A program made the translations under genes and the position numbers. DNA of 64,000 nt from Kiritimatiellia bacterium (GTDB lineage Bacteria > Verrucomicrobiota > Kiritimatiellia > CAIQIC01 > Lenti-01): NCBI GenBank assembly GCA_017458625.1, contig JAFTAH010000164.1, forward strand, positions 37,883-101,882, in the 5' to 3' direction. The notes below the pieces were generated by a model, which saw nothing but the letters and a program-made list of their open reading frames with translations, was not told where the DNA came from and did not search any database. Shown here piece after piece: positions 27,484-37,568 of the stretch; position 1 is the first letter of the stretch, and each line of letters starts with the position of its first letter.

Positions 27484-29079
27484 ATGAATGCGCACAAGAA
27501 GACAGTGATTCGCGGGGGCATGGTGTTCGACGGGCTGGGCGGAGAGGCCGTGGCCGCCGATCTGGCGCTGGACGGGGACCGCATCGCGGCCGTCGCGGCA
27601 CGCGGCGAGCTCGCTCCGGCGCTGGCCGGGGCGGACGTGGTGGTGGAGGCGCAGGGACTGGCCATCTGTCCGGGCTTCATCGACGCGCATTCGCATTCTG
27701 ACGCGTATCTGCTGCTGGAGCCGACTGCGGCCTCGAAGGTGGCCCAGGGCATCACGTGCGAGATTACGGGAAATTGCGGGGCGTCCGCGGCACCGCGGCT
27801 GCCGGGCTACCAGCTGCCGAGCGACTGGGCGGCGCAGCATTATCCCCGGGAATGGACGGACGTGGCGGACTACCGGGCGGCGTTGGCCGAGGTGCGGCCT
27901 GCCATCCATTCGCGGATGCTAATCGGGCATCGGACCATCCGGTCCGCCGTGATGGGGCTGGCCCCGCGTCCGGCCACGGCCGAGGAGGTGGCGCGGATGG
28001 TCGGGCTGATGGAAATCGCCATGGAGCAGGGCGGCGGCGGCCTCTCGACGGGCCTCATCTATGCGCCCGCGATGTTTGCCGACCGTCGGGAACTCGTGGC
28101 GCTGGCACGGGTGGCCGGAGCGCATGGGGGGGTCTATGCAACCCACATGCGGTCGGAGGGAGCGCGACTGCTGGAGGCCATCGACGAGGCCATCGCGATT
28201 GCGCGGGAGGCGAAATGTCCACTGCAAATCTCGCATTTCAAGACGTCGGGGCGGCGCAACTGGGACAAGCTGGAACCGGCGCTGGAGGAGATCGCGGCGG
28301 CGCGGGCGGCCGGGCTGGACGTCTTCAGCGACCGCTATCCCTACACCGCCTCGTGCACGGATTTGGACGTCCTGCTGCCCGAGTGGGCGGGACAGGGCGG
28401 AAACGATGTGGTCTACGCGCGGCTTCGCGACCCGGAACAGCGGAGGCGCATCCTGGAGGACATCCGGGCCGAACGCGGGCCCGGCTACTGGGAAGGAGTG
28501 CATATCGCCTTCACGCGGCAGCCGGGATGGGCGGGCAGGCCGTTCCTCGAGTATGCGCGGGAGGTCGGCCTGGAGCCACCCGAGGCACTGCTGCACCTGC
28601 TGGCACTGGACGGGCCAGGGACGATGGGCATTTTCTTCGGAATGTCCGAGGACAACCTGTGGCGCATCTGGTCGCAACCGTGGGTGATGGGCGGAAGCGA
28701 CGCCTCGATTCGTGCGCCGTGGGGGCCACTGGGCGAGGACCACCCCCATCCGCGGGCGTACGGGACGTTTCCGCGTCTGTTGGCGGCCTCGCGGCCAGGC
28801 GGTCCAGCCCATGCGCGAGGGATTGGACTGGCCGAGGCCATTCGGAAATGCACGTCTCTGCCCGCCACGCGGTTCCAGCTCAAAGGACGTGGCGTCATCC
28901 GGGCGGGGGCCCATGCCGACCTCGTGCTGTTCGACCCGGAAACCATCGCCGACATGGCCACCTACGCGAAGCCGCACGCGTTCCCCGCCGGCATCCGGGC
29001 CGTCTACGTGGGCGGCGAAGCCGCCTGGCAGGACAATCAGCCGACCGGCGTGCGCAATGGAGCCTATTTGGCAGGGTGA
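27484..29079 (+). CDS. N-acyl-D-amino-acid deacylase (D-aminoacylase), amidohydrolase superfamily
   Basis: PGFIDAHSHSD, GNCG, LSTGLIY, YATHMRSE, QISHFK, DRYPYTAS, HPRAYGTFPR. Confidence 0.92.
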   Translation: MNAHKKTVIRGGMVFDGLGGEAVAADLALDGDRIAAVAARGELAPALAGADVVVEAQGLAICPGFIDAHSHSDAYLLLEPTAASKVAQGITCEITGNCGASAAPRLPGYQLPSDWAAQHYPREWTDVADYRAALAEVRPAIHSRMLIGHRTIRSAVMGLAPRPATAEEVARMVGLMEIAMEQGGGGLSTGLIYAPAMFADRRELVALARVAGAHGGVYATHMRSEGARLLEAIDEAIAIAREAKCPLQISHFKTSGRRNWDKLEPALEEIAAARAAGLDVFSDRYPYTASCTDLDVLLPEWAGQGGNDVVYARLRDPEQRRRILEDIRAERGPGYWEGVHIAFTRQPGWAGRPFLEYAREVGLEPPEALLHLLALDGPGTMGIFFGMSEDNLWRIWSQPWVMGGSDASIRAPWGPLGEDHPHPRAYGTFPRLLAASRPGGPAHARGIGLAEAIRKCTSLPATRFQLKGRGVIRAGAHADLVLFDPETIADMATYAKPHAFPAGIRAVYVGGEAAWQDNQPTGVRNGAYLAG

Positions 29080-29084
29080 AAAAG

Positions 29085-29130
29085 CTAGAATGCCAGGATT
29101 CTAGACACCTAGATATCTAGACATCTAGCT
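29085..29130. repeat. 8-bp-period CTAG array overlapping the murC 3' end
   Basis: CTAG 29085, CCAG 29093, CTAG 29101/29109/29117/29125. Confidence 0.85.
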
Positions 29131-30568
29131 GGGGGGACGGGGGAAGAAGCGAGATGATGTCGCCGGCGCCGATGAGGAGCAGGAGATCGGTGGGGGATTC
29201 CAGCCGGGAGAGGGCCAGGGGGAGGGAAGCGGGCAGGTCGGGCGACAGGGTGACGGGAGGAGCGTCGGGATCGGCGGCGAAACGGGGCAGAAGGTCGGCA
29301 GAGGTGCCGCCAGCCAGGGGCGGGTCGAAGGCGGCGTAGACGGGCGCGAGAACCAGGTGCGCGACCCCGTGGAAGGCGGCAGGGAAGTCGGCGGCAAATT
29401 GCCGGGTGCGGGTGTAGCGGTGCGGCTGGAAGATGGCCACGAGGCGGCGGCCGGGATAGAGCTGGCGCAGGGCGTCGATGCAGGCGCGAATCTCGGTGGG
29501 ATGGTGGGCGTAGTCGGCAACGAGCAGATGGCCGTCGGGGAGACGGTGCTGTTCGAGGCGGCGCATGGGGAGCCGGAAGGCGGGCAGGGCGTCAAGCAGG
29601 GGGGCGGCGGGCAGGCGGAGAATCTCGATGCAGAGGGTCAGGGCCGCGAGGGCATTGGCGAGGTTGTGGCGCCCGGGCAACGGCAGAAAGCCTTCGACAG
29701 GCGTAGGCAGCGAGGGAAAGGCGACACGGAAATGCCAGCCCTCGGGAGATGGCACGGCGGCCAGGAGCTGGGCGGTCGGCGCGACTCCTCCCCCCCCCTG
29801 CGCCCCCTCTCCGGGGGGGTATTGGGTGGTGAAAAGAACGGTCTTCTGCGGGAATTCGCGGGAGAGGCGGAGTGCGGCCGGATCGTCGGCGGAGGCGATG
29901 AGGTGTCGGGCGGCCGCCGCGAAGGTCCGGAAGCAGTCGTAGAGAGCTTCCGGCGTGGCGAAGTTGTCGAGGTGGTCGGGCTCGATGTTCGTGACGACGG
30001 CGGCGTAGGGGGCGTAGAACGCCAGGGTGCCGTCGGACTCGTCGGCTTCGATGACCAGGTGCGGGCCAGTGCCGTGACGGGCGGGAGAGAGGGCGGGGGG
30101 GAGCTCGCCGCCAATGCAGTAGGACGGGTCGAGGCCCGCCGCGAGCAGGAGGTGGGCCAGCAGGGCGGACGTCGTCGTCTTGCCGTGGGTGCCGGCGACC
30201 GCCAAGGTGGCGTAGCGTGTCGCCAGGGCCGGCAGGACGTGGCCGCGGCGGTGCAGGGGAATGCCGCAGGCGCGAGCGGCGACGAGCTCGGGAAGGTCGG
30301 GGGGACAGGCCGGGGAGTAGATGGCCCAGTCGGCGGCGGCGAGGTGGCCGGGGGCATGGGCGGGAGCGACCGGGATCCCGTGGCGGGCGAGCCAGTCGGA
30401 GGTGCGGGAGGGGTGGGAGTCGCAGCCGGAGACGGGATGTCCCAGGGCGTGGAGGAGGTAGGCCAGACCCGCCATGCCAATGCCGCCCGCCCCAATGGCA
30501 TGGACGCGGGTGGACGCATCCGCGAGAAGGCGGAGGACCGGGGCAGGGTCGTAGGGAACAGTGGCCAT
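29117..30568 (-). CDS. murC: UDP-N-acetylmuramate--L-alanine ligase
   Basis: IGAGGIGMAGLA, AGTHGKTTT, EADESDG, VTNIEPDHLD, PGRHNLANA, DYAHHPTEI, FQPHRYTR. Confidence 0.95.
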   Translation of the reverse strand: MATVPYDPAPVLRLLADASTRVHAIGAGGIGMAGLAYLLHALGHPVSGCDSHPSRTSDWLARHGIPVAPAHAPGHLAAADWAIYSPACPPDLPELVAARACGIPLHRRGHVLPALATRYATLAVAGTHGKTTTSALLAHLLLAAGLDPSYCIGGELPPALSPARHGTGPHLVIEADESDGTLAFYAPYAAVVTNIEPDHLDNFATPEALYDCFRTFAAAARHLIASADDPAALRLSREFPQKTVLFTTQYPPGEGAQGGGGVAPTAQLLAAVPSPEGWHFRVAFPSLPTPVEGFLPLPGRHNLANALAALTLCIEILRLPAAPLLDALPAFRLPMRRLEQHRLPDGHLLVADYAHHPTEIRACIDALRQLYPGRRLVAIFQPHRYTRTRQFAADFPAAFHGVAHLVLAPVYAAFDPPLAGGTSADLLPRFAADPDAPPVTLSPDLPASLPLALSRLESPTDLLLLIGAGDIISLLPPSPQLDV

Positions 30569-30586
30569 GGGAGGCAGGGGAAGGCC

Positions 30587-31522
30587 TCAGAAGAGGGAGA
30601 GCTGCGTGGGAGCCGGCGGCGCAGGAGGCGGCGGGGATAGGAAAAGGCGCTCGGAGACGAAGGAATTCAGGTTGTGACGGCGGTAGAAGGCAACCAGCGC
30701 GTCCTCGGAGGGCGGCACGGGCGGCGGAAGGGTCGCGGCCGCCGGAACGCCGGGCACGTGGCGATCGAGGGTCATCAGGGCGAGGTTGATGTCGGTGCGC
30801 TCGCGGGCATCGACCAGCTTGGCGCGGAGACCGGGCGGCGTCAAGGTGGGCAGGGCGGCATAGACGGCCTCCAGCGTGCCATGGTCGGCGAGCAGGCGCG
30901 AAGCCGTGACAGGGCCAATGCCCGGGACGCCGGGGATGTTGTCGGCGACATCCCCGATGAGGGCCAGCCATTCGACAATCTGGGAGGGGGCGACGCCCGT
31001 CTTGGCCTGCACCGCCGCCGGGTCGAGGACGGCGAGGTCCTTCGAGGGCGAGACGAGGTGGATGGCTGGCGTGACGAGCTGCATGAGATCCTTGTCGCTG
31101 GTGGCAATGCGGACGGTCCAGTCGTGGGCGGCGGCATCGGTGGCCAGCGTGGCGAGGACGTCGTCGGCTTCCTGGTGGGGAATCAGGCAGCGGGGAATGC
31201 CAGCGGCGTCGAGAAAATCGTCCAGCAGCGGGAACTGACAACGCAGGTCGTCGGGCATGTGGGGGCGTTGGGCCTTGTAGGCCGGGCATTTTTCAAGGCG
31301 CGAAGCCGGGGAGCCACCATCGAAGGCCACTACCATGCGGTCGGGATGCAGGGCCTTGGCAAGGTGGTCGAGAAGCCGGACAAAACCGAACAGGCAGTTG
31401 GTGGGATGGCCATCCGGCGCGGACAGATGCTTGACGGCAAAGAACGCGCGGTAGGCAACGCCCGTGCCATCGACGAGCAGCAGCAGCGGCGCAGAAGTGG
31501 CTGAAGCGGAGTCGCGTGACAT
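30587..31522 (-). CDS. Stand-alone 5'-3' exonuclease (Pol I N-terminal/flap endonuclease type)
   Basis: LVDGTGVAYRAFF, YKAQR, EADDVLAT, DKDLMQL, LIGDVADNIPGVPGIG. Confidence 0.92.
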   Translation of the reverse strand: MSRDSASATSAPLLLLVDGTGVAYRAFFAVKHLSAPDGHPTNCLFGFVRLLDHLAKALHPDRMVVAFDGGSPASRLEKCPAYKAQRPHMPDDLRCQFPLLDDFLDAAGIPRCLIPHQEADDVLATLATDAAAHDWTVRIATSDKDLMQLVTPAIHLVSPSKDLAVLDPAAVQAKTGVAPSQIVEWLALIGDVADNIPGVPGIGPVTASRLLADHGTLEAVYAALPTLTPPGLRAKLVDARERTDINLALMTLDRHVPGVPAAATLPPPVPPSEDALVAFYRRHNLNSFVSERLFLSPPPPAPPAPTQLSLF

Positions 31523-33732
31523 TAGTCGGAAGAAGACAGGGGAGTTGCGGAAATCGGGTCGGCGGAAGGGGGCAGGGCGTCGGCGGGCGCGGCCTCCGGC
31601 TCGGCGGGGGTGGAATCAGCTCCGGCGGCGGGGGGGGCGGGCATGTCGGCGGCAGGCCCGGGCTCGTCGGCGGGGGGCTCGGGCTCGCTGGAGACAGCCT
31701 CCGCTTCGGCAGAGCCAGCTTCCGTGGAAGTGTCGGGAACCGTCTCCGCGCCGGGCAACGGGATGGGGTCGGCACCCGGGTCGACCTCGTGCTGGATGGC
31801 GTTGTAGTGTTCGACAAGCTCCTCCGAAAGGGCGGGAGCGGCCTTGAGGGCGGCTTGGATGGCGGTCCAGGCGGCGGGATAGTCGTGGAGCTTGTAGTGA
31901 ATCCAGGCGAGGGTGTCGAGGAAGGCATAGTTGTCCGGAATCAGCGCCAGGGCGGCCTGGGCGTAGGTCAGGGCATCGGGGAGGTCGGTCTCGTGGATGG
32001 CCAAGGTATAGGCGAGGTAGTTGAACGGCTCGGGCACGCGGGGTTCGTCGGCGCACAGGGCGCGCAGGACGGCGATGGCCTCGTCCGTGCGTCCGGACTG
32101 GTCGAGGGCCACGGCATAGAAGAAGCGGAGATCCGGGGTCAGGGCGGAAACGCCTGCGGACAGGGAGGCAATCGCCTTGCGAAATTCGCGGAGGGCACCT
32201 TTCGGATTGTCGTTGTTGAGAGCAAAGAGTGCCAGCTGGAGATGGACGGAGGGAACCGGCTCCGGCGAGAGGCGGACAAAGGCGCGGAGGGTCCGGATGG
32301 CATTGCGGCGCGCGGAGGGGATGCCCATCAGGGCGTGCTGAGTGAAGCGCTCGAGGGGGCGGCTCGCGGGATGCTGCTCGGCAGCCAGGAGCAGATGCCG
32401 GGCGGCATCGGCGGGGCGACGAAGCGCCGTGAAAACCTCGGCGGCCGTGCTGTGGAACAGCGGCGTGGGCGTGGCACCAGGCGACGACGAAAAGGCGGTC
32501 TCCGCGCGAACGAGGTAGTCGGCGGCAAGCGAATGGTCCTGCATGGTGGCGGCTACGATGCCGGCGAGCTCGAGGAGGGAGGGCTCGTCGGGCAGGTGGG
32601 TCAGGCCGTCCTGGAGGGCAGCCAGGGCCAGATCATAGCAGCCGTTGTCGGCAAGCATGGCGGCAAGCTTGCACCAGTAGAGCGCAACCATCGGCTCGAT
32701 GGCCGTGGCATGGCGGTAGTCCTCGGCGGCAGTCGCAAGGTCATGGCGGGCATAGTGGAGCTCGCCCAGGTAGAGGTAGGGCAAGGCGGAATGCGGGTCG
32801 TCTCCGGCCAGACGCATGAGAATGGCCTCTGCGCGTTCCTGCGGCATGGACAGAAAGCCGTTGAGCAGGGCCATCCGGATGCGCGGCGAGGAGGTCTGGA
32901 CCTCCAGCGCGTCGAGGCGACGGGAATAGGTGAAGGCCTCGTCGACGGCCCCTTCCTGGAGGAGGAGTTCGACCAGGGAGGACAGCGTGGCAGAGTCTCC
33001 GGGGCTTTCGGCATCGGCGAGGCGGAGCTGGTCGAGGGCGCGGCGGCGGAGGGTGGCGGCGGGGTCGGCATCGGTGCTGCCCCTGGCAGCGGAGGAACTG
33101 GTCAACTGCCTGATATGGCGGAGACACAGGCGGGCGAACTCCAGCCGAAGGGAGGTGGGCGGCGTGGCGGACTGGGTACCGCGGAAGAGAATGTCCAGAG
33201 AGGGGCCGGGGGCGTCCTCGGGCACGTTCAGGAGGACTGCGCGGGACCAGATGCTCCAGCCCAGGGCGTTCGTCGGAAAGCGCTCGGCCATGAGCTGGCC
33301 GATCTCGGCGGCGCGTTTCCCTTCGCCCGTATCCAGATAGAGGCTGCCTAGCCACGCGGCCGTGGCCTGCGAGGACGGATGCTCGGACAAAAAGCCCTCG
33401 GCCGACGTCAAGGCGTCTTTGACCTTCCGCTGGCCGACGAGCGCGACGCCAATGCGGACGGCAAATTCGTCGGCATCGGGCACCTCGGCCAGCGCCCGCC
33501 GGTAGGCGGCCTCGGCTTCGGCAAATTCACCCGACACCTCATGGTGGATGCCGGCCGCATAGTGCGCAAATGCCCGCGACTGCTGGAGGGCAGACGCGGA
33601 CAGCGTGTCGACAAACGGAACTAGCCCGTCGTCTTCGGGAGACGGCGGACTAGGGATGGTGCGGCACGAAACCGCAAGGCCGGCAACGGCTAGGCCGAGC
33701 GCCAGCGTCAAATAGGGCGAGGTGGCGCGCAT
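31522..33732 (-). CDS. TPR-repeat lipoprotein
   Basis: Lipobox GLAVSC; helical repeats; PEPFNYLAYTLA, NYAFLDTLAWIHYK. Confidence 0.85.
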   Translation of the reverse strand: MRATSPYLTLALGLAVAGLAVSCRTIPSPPSPEDDGLVPFVDTLSASALQQSRAFAHYAAGIHHEVSGEFAEAEAAYRRALAEVPDADEFAVRIGVALVGQRKVKDALTSAEGFLSEHPSSQATAAWLGSLYLDTGEGKRAAEIGQLMAERFPTNALGWSIWSRAVLLNVPEDAPGPSLDILFRGTQSATPPTSLRLEFARLCLRHIRQLTSSSAARGSTDADPAATLRRRALDQLRLADAESPGDSATLSSLVELLLQEGAVDEAFTYSRRLDALEVQTSSPRIRMALLNGFLSMPQERAEAILMRLAGDDPHSALPYLYLGELHYARHDLATAAEDYRHATAIEPMVALYWCKLAAMLADNGCYDLALAALQDGLTHLPDEPSLLELAGIVAATMQDHSLAADYLVRAETAFSSSPGATPTPLFHSTAAEVFTALRRPADAARHLLLAAEQHPASRPLERFTQHALMGIPSARRNAIRTLRAFVRLSPEPVPSVHLQLALFALNNDNPKGALREFRKAIASLSAGVSALTPDLRFFYAVALDQSGRTDEAIAVLRALCADEPRVPEPFNYLAYTLAIHETDLPDALTYAQAALALIPDNYAFLDTLAWIHYKLHDYPAAWTAIQAALKAAPALSEELVEHYNAIQHEVDPGADPIPLPGAETVPDTSTEAGSAEAEAVSSEPEPPADEPGPAADMPAPPAAGADSTPAEPEAAPADALPPSADPISATPLSSSD

Positions 33733-33761
33733 GGCCGGAGCCCGCAAGGGGCGTGCGGAAG

Positions 33762-33851
33762 CTACTTCTTCTTGTGGCGGTCGGCGCGCAGACGCTTACG
33801 GCGCTTGTGCTTGGCCATCTTGACGCGGCGTTTCTTTTTTACTGAGCCCAT
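33762..33851 (-). CDS. Small basic protein, AURKAIP1/COX24 (bS22/mS38-like) family
   Basis: Manual translation MGSVKKKRRVKMAKHKRRKRLRADRHKKK*; GGAG RBS upstream; below the ORF-track size cutoff. Confidence 0.85.
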   Translation of the reverse strand: MGSVKKKRRVKMAKHKRRKRLRADRHKKK

Positions 33852-33893
33852 GACATCTATCTCCTGGGGGGTTATGAACAACGGGCGCGCAGT

Positions 33894-34766
33894 CTAGGGC
33901 ACAACCTTGTTCAATGCAAGTTCAATTATTCCCGAGGCACCAGCCTCGCAAAGACGTGGAATGAGGTCGCGGACCTGCGACTCGTCGACGACCGTCTCGA
34001 TGGCCACCCAGCTGATATCGTTGAGGGTGTTGATGGTCGGGGCATGCAGCGAGGGCAACACCCGCGTGACCGCCGGGATGTCCCCCTTGCGCGCATTCAT
34101 CTTGAGCAGGACCTTGTGCTCAGCCGCCAGCGCCGCGCGGAGCAGCACCGACATCTGCTCGATCTTGGCGTGCTTGGCCGGGTCGGCCCAGGCCGCCTTG
34201 TTGGCGATCAGGCGCGTGGTGGACGTGAGGATGGTCTCGACGATGCGGAGGTGGTTCGCACGCAGAGAGGAACCCGTCTCCGTGAGTTCCACGATGGCGT
34301 CCACCAGCTCCGGGGCCTTCACCTCGGTGGCCCCCCACGAGAACTCGACCTCGGCCTTGACGCCCTTCTCGGCGAGATAGCGCTTCGTGAGGCCGACCGC
34401 CTCCGTGGCGATGCGCTTGCCTTCCAGATCCTGGACGGACTGGATGGCCGAGTCCTGCGGCACGGCCAGAACCCAGCGAACAGGATTGGACGTGGCCTTC
34501 GAGTAGCATAGCTCGGCGACCTCCTCCACGTCGGAGCCGTTCTCGTAGATCCAGTCATAGCCCGTCAGGCCCGCGTCCAGCAACCCCAGCTCCACGTAGC
34601 GGGGAATCTCCTGCGGACGGACCAGGCGCAGGGCCAGGTCAGGATCGTCGACGGTGGGGACATAGGAGCGGCTTCCCACGGAACAGGCCCAGCCCGCCCG
34701 CCGCATCAATGCAAATGTGCTTTCCTGCAAGCTTCCCTTCGGTAGTCCGACCTTGATCACGCTCAT
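33894..34766 (-). CDS. hisG: ATP phosphoribosyltransferase (long form)
   Basis: [48 protein letters not shown]. Confidence 0.95.
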   Translation of the reverse strand: MSVIKVGLPKGSLQESTFALMRRAGWACSVGSRSYVPTVDDPDLALRLVRPQEIPRYVELGLLDAGLTGYDWIYENGSDVEEVAELCYSKATSNPVRWVLAVPQDSAIQSVQDLEGKRIATEAVGLTKRYLAEKGVKAEVEFSWGATEVKAPELVDAIVELTETGSSLRANHLRIVETILTSTTRLIANKAAWADPAKHAKIEQMSVLLRAALAAEHKVLLKMNARKGDIPAVTRVLPSLHAPTINTLNDISWVAIETVVDESQVRDLIPRLCEAGASGIIELALNKVVP

Positions 34767-34938
34767 GTTTTTGCCTCCAACTTCTGGACGAGTACTTGTC
34801 ATTCTTCTGTGTGCGCCCCGGAAAATAGTCTATCCCTCCCCGCGTGGGAAGGAAAAACGCGGTCCCCGGACGATTTTTTGTCCGCCCCCGCACCCCCGAC
34901 TCGCCCCCTTTCGCCCGCCTCCTCCGCCCTCTTCCCTG

Positions 34939-35094
34939 CCTGGATCCCCGGCATCCCCGCCGCCGGAAACCCGGAACCCGCCTGCCGGAAACCCGGAATC
35001 CCGGCCCCCCGGAATCGCGCCTCCCTTCCTCCCGCTGGCGCCTCTCCCACCCCCAAAACCACTGTGATTTTACGGTAAAAAAGGGCTTTTTGCG
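34939..35094 (+). repeat. 8-bp-period CCGG array followed by the TGTGATTTTACGG motif
   Basis: CCGG at 34963, 34971, 34985, 34993, 35001, 35009; TGTGATTTTACGGTAAAAAAGGGCTTTTTGCG from 35063. Confidence 0.65.
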
Positions 35095-35165
35095 CATTTT
35101 TTCTCTCCGTGCCGCTCCCGGCTATGGCGCGTTTTTTTATCTCGCGGCAGAGGGAGCGGACGGGT

Positions 35166-37514
35166 ATGCTTCGACGTACTATGCAACTTTCCCCATCTTG
35201 TCGTCGTCGTTGGCAGGCCGCTCTCCGTGGCTGCATCTGGAATCTGGTCGTCGCGGGGGCTTGCTGGACGCTCGCCGGTTCCTGGGCCACCCCGGCATCC
35301 GGCCAGACGGCGGTCACCCCGTATCCGCGCGGCGGCGTGGGCATCACGGGCGCGCCAACCACCGAGGCCGAGGGCGTGGACGTCCAGGCCGACCGCCTGT
35401 CCTACGACGCCACCCGGCGCCTCGTGCTCGCCCGCGGCAACGTCAGGGTGTCGCGCGGAACGGACTGGATCGTCGCCGACGAAGCCGACGTCGACAACAT
35501 CCACCAGATCGTCGTCGCCCACGGCAACATCGAGCTGCACTACGGCGAAAACGTCTGGCGGGGCGAAAACGTCACCTACAACTTCAGGACGGGCCAGGGC
35601 GACTTCGGAAACTTCGAGCTCTTCACGCCTCCCTTCCACATCACGGCCCAGGACTCGCGCCGCGTCTCCCCGAGCGTCACCGAGCTCGAGGGCGTGCTGC
35701 TGACCACCTGTGACTTCGAGGACTCGGTGAATGGCAGCCCCGAGTATTCGATTCGTGCCTCGTCCGCTTCCGTCCTCTCCAATCGCATCATCCGCGCCCG
35801 CAATGTCCGCTTCCACTACGGAGCCATTCCCTTCTTCTGGTTCCCCTATGTACGCGGCGACGCGAACGACTTTGCCAGCTTCGAGTTCCTGCCGGGCTTC
35901 TCCTCCAAATGGGGAGTCTTCCTGCTGTCGGCCTACAACTATCCGCTGGCCGAGTCGCTCAAGTCCCGCACCAGCTTCGACGTCCGGTCCAAACGCGGCA
36001 TCGGCATCGGCGAAGACCTCATCTGGGAAGACCCCGCCGACACCTACGAGGGCGCCCTCCGTCTCTACTACATCCATGACAACAAGCCCTGGCGCAACGA
36101 TAGCCAGAAGCAAAAGCGCGAGGCCCTCATCGACGAGGAACGCTACCGCATCCAGCTCAAGGACCGCAGCTCCATCACCGACCGCGACACCTTCTACACC
36201 ACGCTGAACTATCTCTCCGACCCCTGGATGCTCAAGGACTTCTTCGAGGACGAGTACCAACACGGCATGCAGCCCGAGAACCGGGCCTCCCTCTCCCACC
36301 GTGGCGACCTCTACACCGCTGGCCTTCAGCTCAACATGCGTCTCAACGATTTCTATGGCAACGTCAATCGCCTGCCCGAGGCCTTCCTCAATTTCAACCG
36401 CCAGCAGGTGTTCGGCTCCCCGTTCTACTACCAGGGCGAAAACACGGTGTCCTACCTCGACCGCGTCTTCGCCGACGACGGCAAGGACGAGACGCCCCAG
36501 CGGGACGACTACGACGCCTTTCGCATGGACACCTCCCACATGCTCTATCTGCCCCTCCGCATGGGCTTCCTCTCCCTCGTCCCCCGCGCCGGCTACCGTG
36601 GCACCTTCTACTCCAAGACCAAAGTCACCACCATCGTCACCAACATGGTCTCCTCCACCGACGAGACGACCGGCCTCACCACCGTCTCCGAGAAGACCGA
36701 AACCATCCTCGACGACGGCGATGCCGAATGGCGTTCCCTGCCCGAGCTCGGCTTCGAAACCTCCTTCAAGGCCTTTGGCGAGCTGCTCCAGGGGCCCATT
36801 GGCATCGAGGAAGACCACGGCCTCCGCCACGTCTTCGAACCCTACGCCAGGTATACCTTCCGTCCCGAACCCGACCTGACGCCCGACGAGCTCTGGTACT
36901 TCGACGCCATCGACAAGCTCTCCAACACCAACGATGTCGACATCGGTATCCGCAACTACCTCCAGACGAAGATTTCCGGCAAGAAGCTTGCCGATATCCG
37001 CGACCTCATCTACCTCGACACCTTCGCCACCCTCAACCTCGATCCCGACGACGAAAAGGACGAGGAGACCTTCCGCTCCTTCACCGCAGAACTCGAACTC
37101 AGGCCCTTAACTGGCGTCTCCTGGAACACCGAGATGGTCTACGACAACTACACCAACGAGGTTTCCGACCTCAACACCACGCTCCGTATCCGCAAGACCG
37201 AGCTCATCTGGTTCGCCACCCAGTACCGCTACAAGCTGAACAAGCGCGAGCAGGTTTCCGTCGACCTCACCCTCTTCCCCGAAACGCACTGGGAGGGGCG
37301 CGTCTATGGCCGCTACGATCTCGAGGAGTCCCATCTCGACGAGTATTCCGTCTACTTCATCCACCGCACCAACTGCCTCGGGTTCGGTCTTGGCGTGCGC
37401 ATCCGCCCCGACTACGACGACGATGGCGAGGACGACTACACCATCTGGGCGCAGGTCTGGCCCCTGGCCTTCCCCAGCTTCATGGGGCACATGCCCGACT
37501 CGGGGGCAAGGTAG
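35166..37514 (+). CDS. lptD: LPS-assembly outer-membrane protein LptD
   Basis: OstA-like N-domain (VQADRLSYD..ARGNV), LTTCD..PEYSIRA, IPFFWFPY, beta-strand-rich C-terminus; start uncertain (35166 or 35181). Confidence 0.85.
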   Translation: MLRRTMQLSPSCRRRWQAALRGCIWNLVVAGACWTLAGSWATPASGQTAVTPYPRGGVGITGAPTTEAEGVDVQADRLSYDATRRLVLARGNVRVSRGTDWIVADEADVDNIHQIVVAHGNIELHYGENVWRGENVTYNFRTGQGDFGNFELFTPPFHITAQDSRRVSPSVTELEGVLLTTCDFEDSVNGSPEYSIRASSASVLSNRIIRARNVRFHYGAIPFFWFPYVRGDANDFASFEFLPGFSSKWGVFLLSAYNYPLAESLKSRTSFDVRSKRGIGIGEDLIWEDPADTYEGALRLYYIHDNKPWRNDSQKQKREALIDEERYRIQLKDRSSITDRDTFYTTLNYLSDPWMLKDFFEDEYQHGMQPENRASLSHRGDLYTAGLQLNMRLNDFYGNVNRLPEAFLNFNRQQVFGSPFYYQGENTVSYLDRVFADDGKDETPQRDDYDAFRMDTSHMLYLPLRMGFLSLVPRAGYRGTFYSKTKVTTIVTNMVSSTDETTGLTTVSEKTETILDDGDAEWRSLPELGFETSFKAFGELLQGPIGIEEDHGLRHVFEPYARYTFRPEPDLTPDELWYFDAIDKLSNTNDVDIGIRNYLQTKISGKKLADIRDLIYLDTFATLNLDPDDEKDEETFRSFTAELELRPLTGVSWNTEMVYDNYTNEVSDLNTTLRIRKTELIWFATQYRYKLNKREQVSVDLTLFPETHWEGRVYGRYDLEESHLDEYSVYFIHRTNCLGFGLGVRIRPDYDDDGEDDYTIWAQVWPLAFPSFMGHMPDSGAR

Positions 37515-37568
37515 CGATGGGGCTACTACCCACGCATCTCCTCCTGCCTTCTCGGCTTGTCTGTTCCC

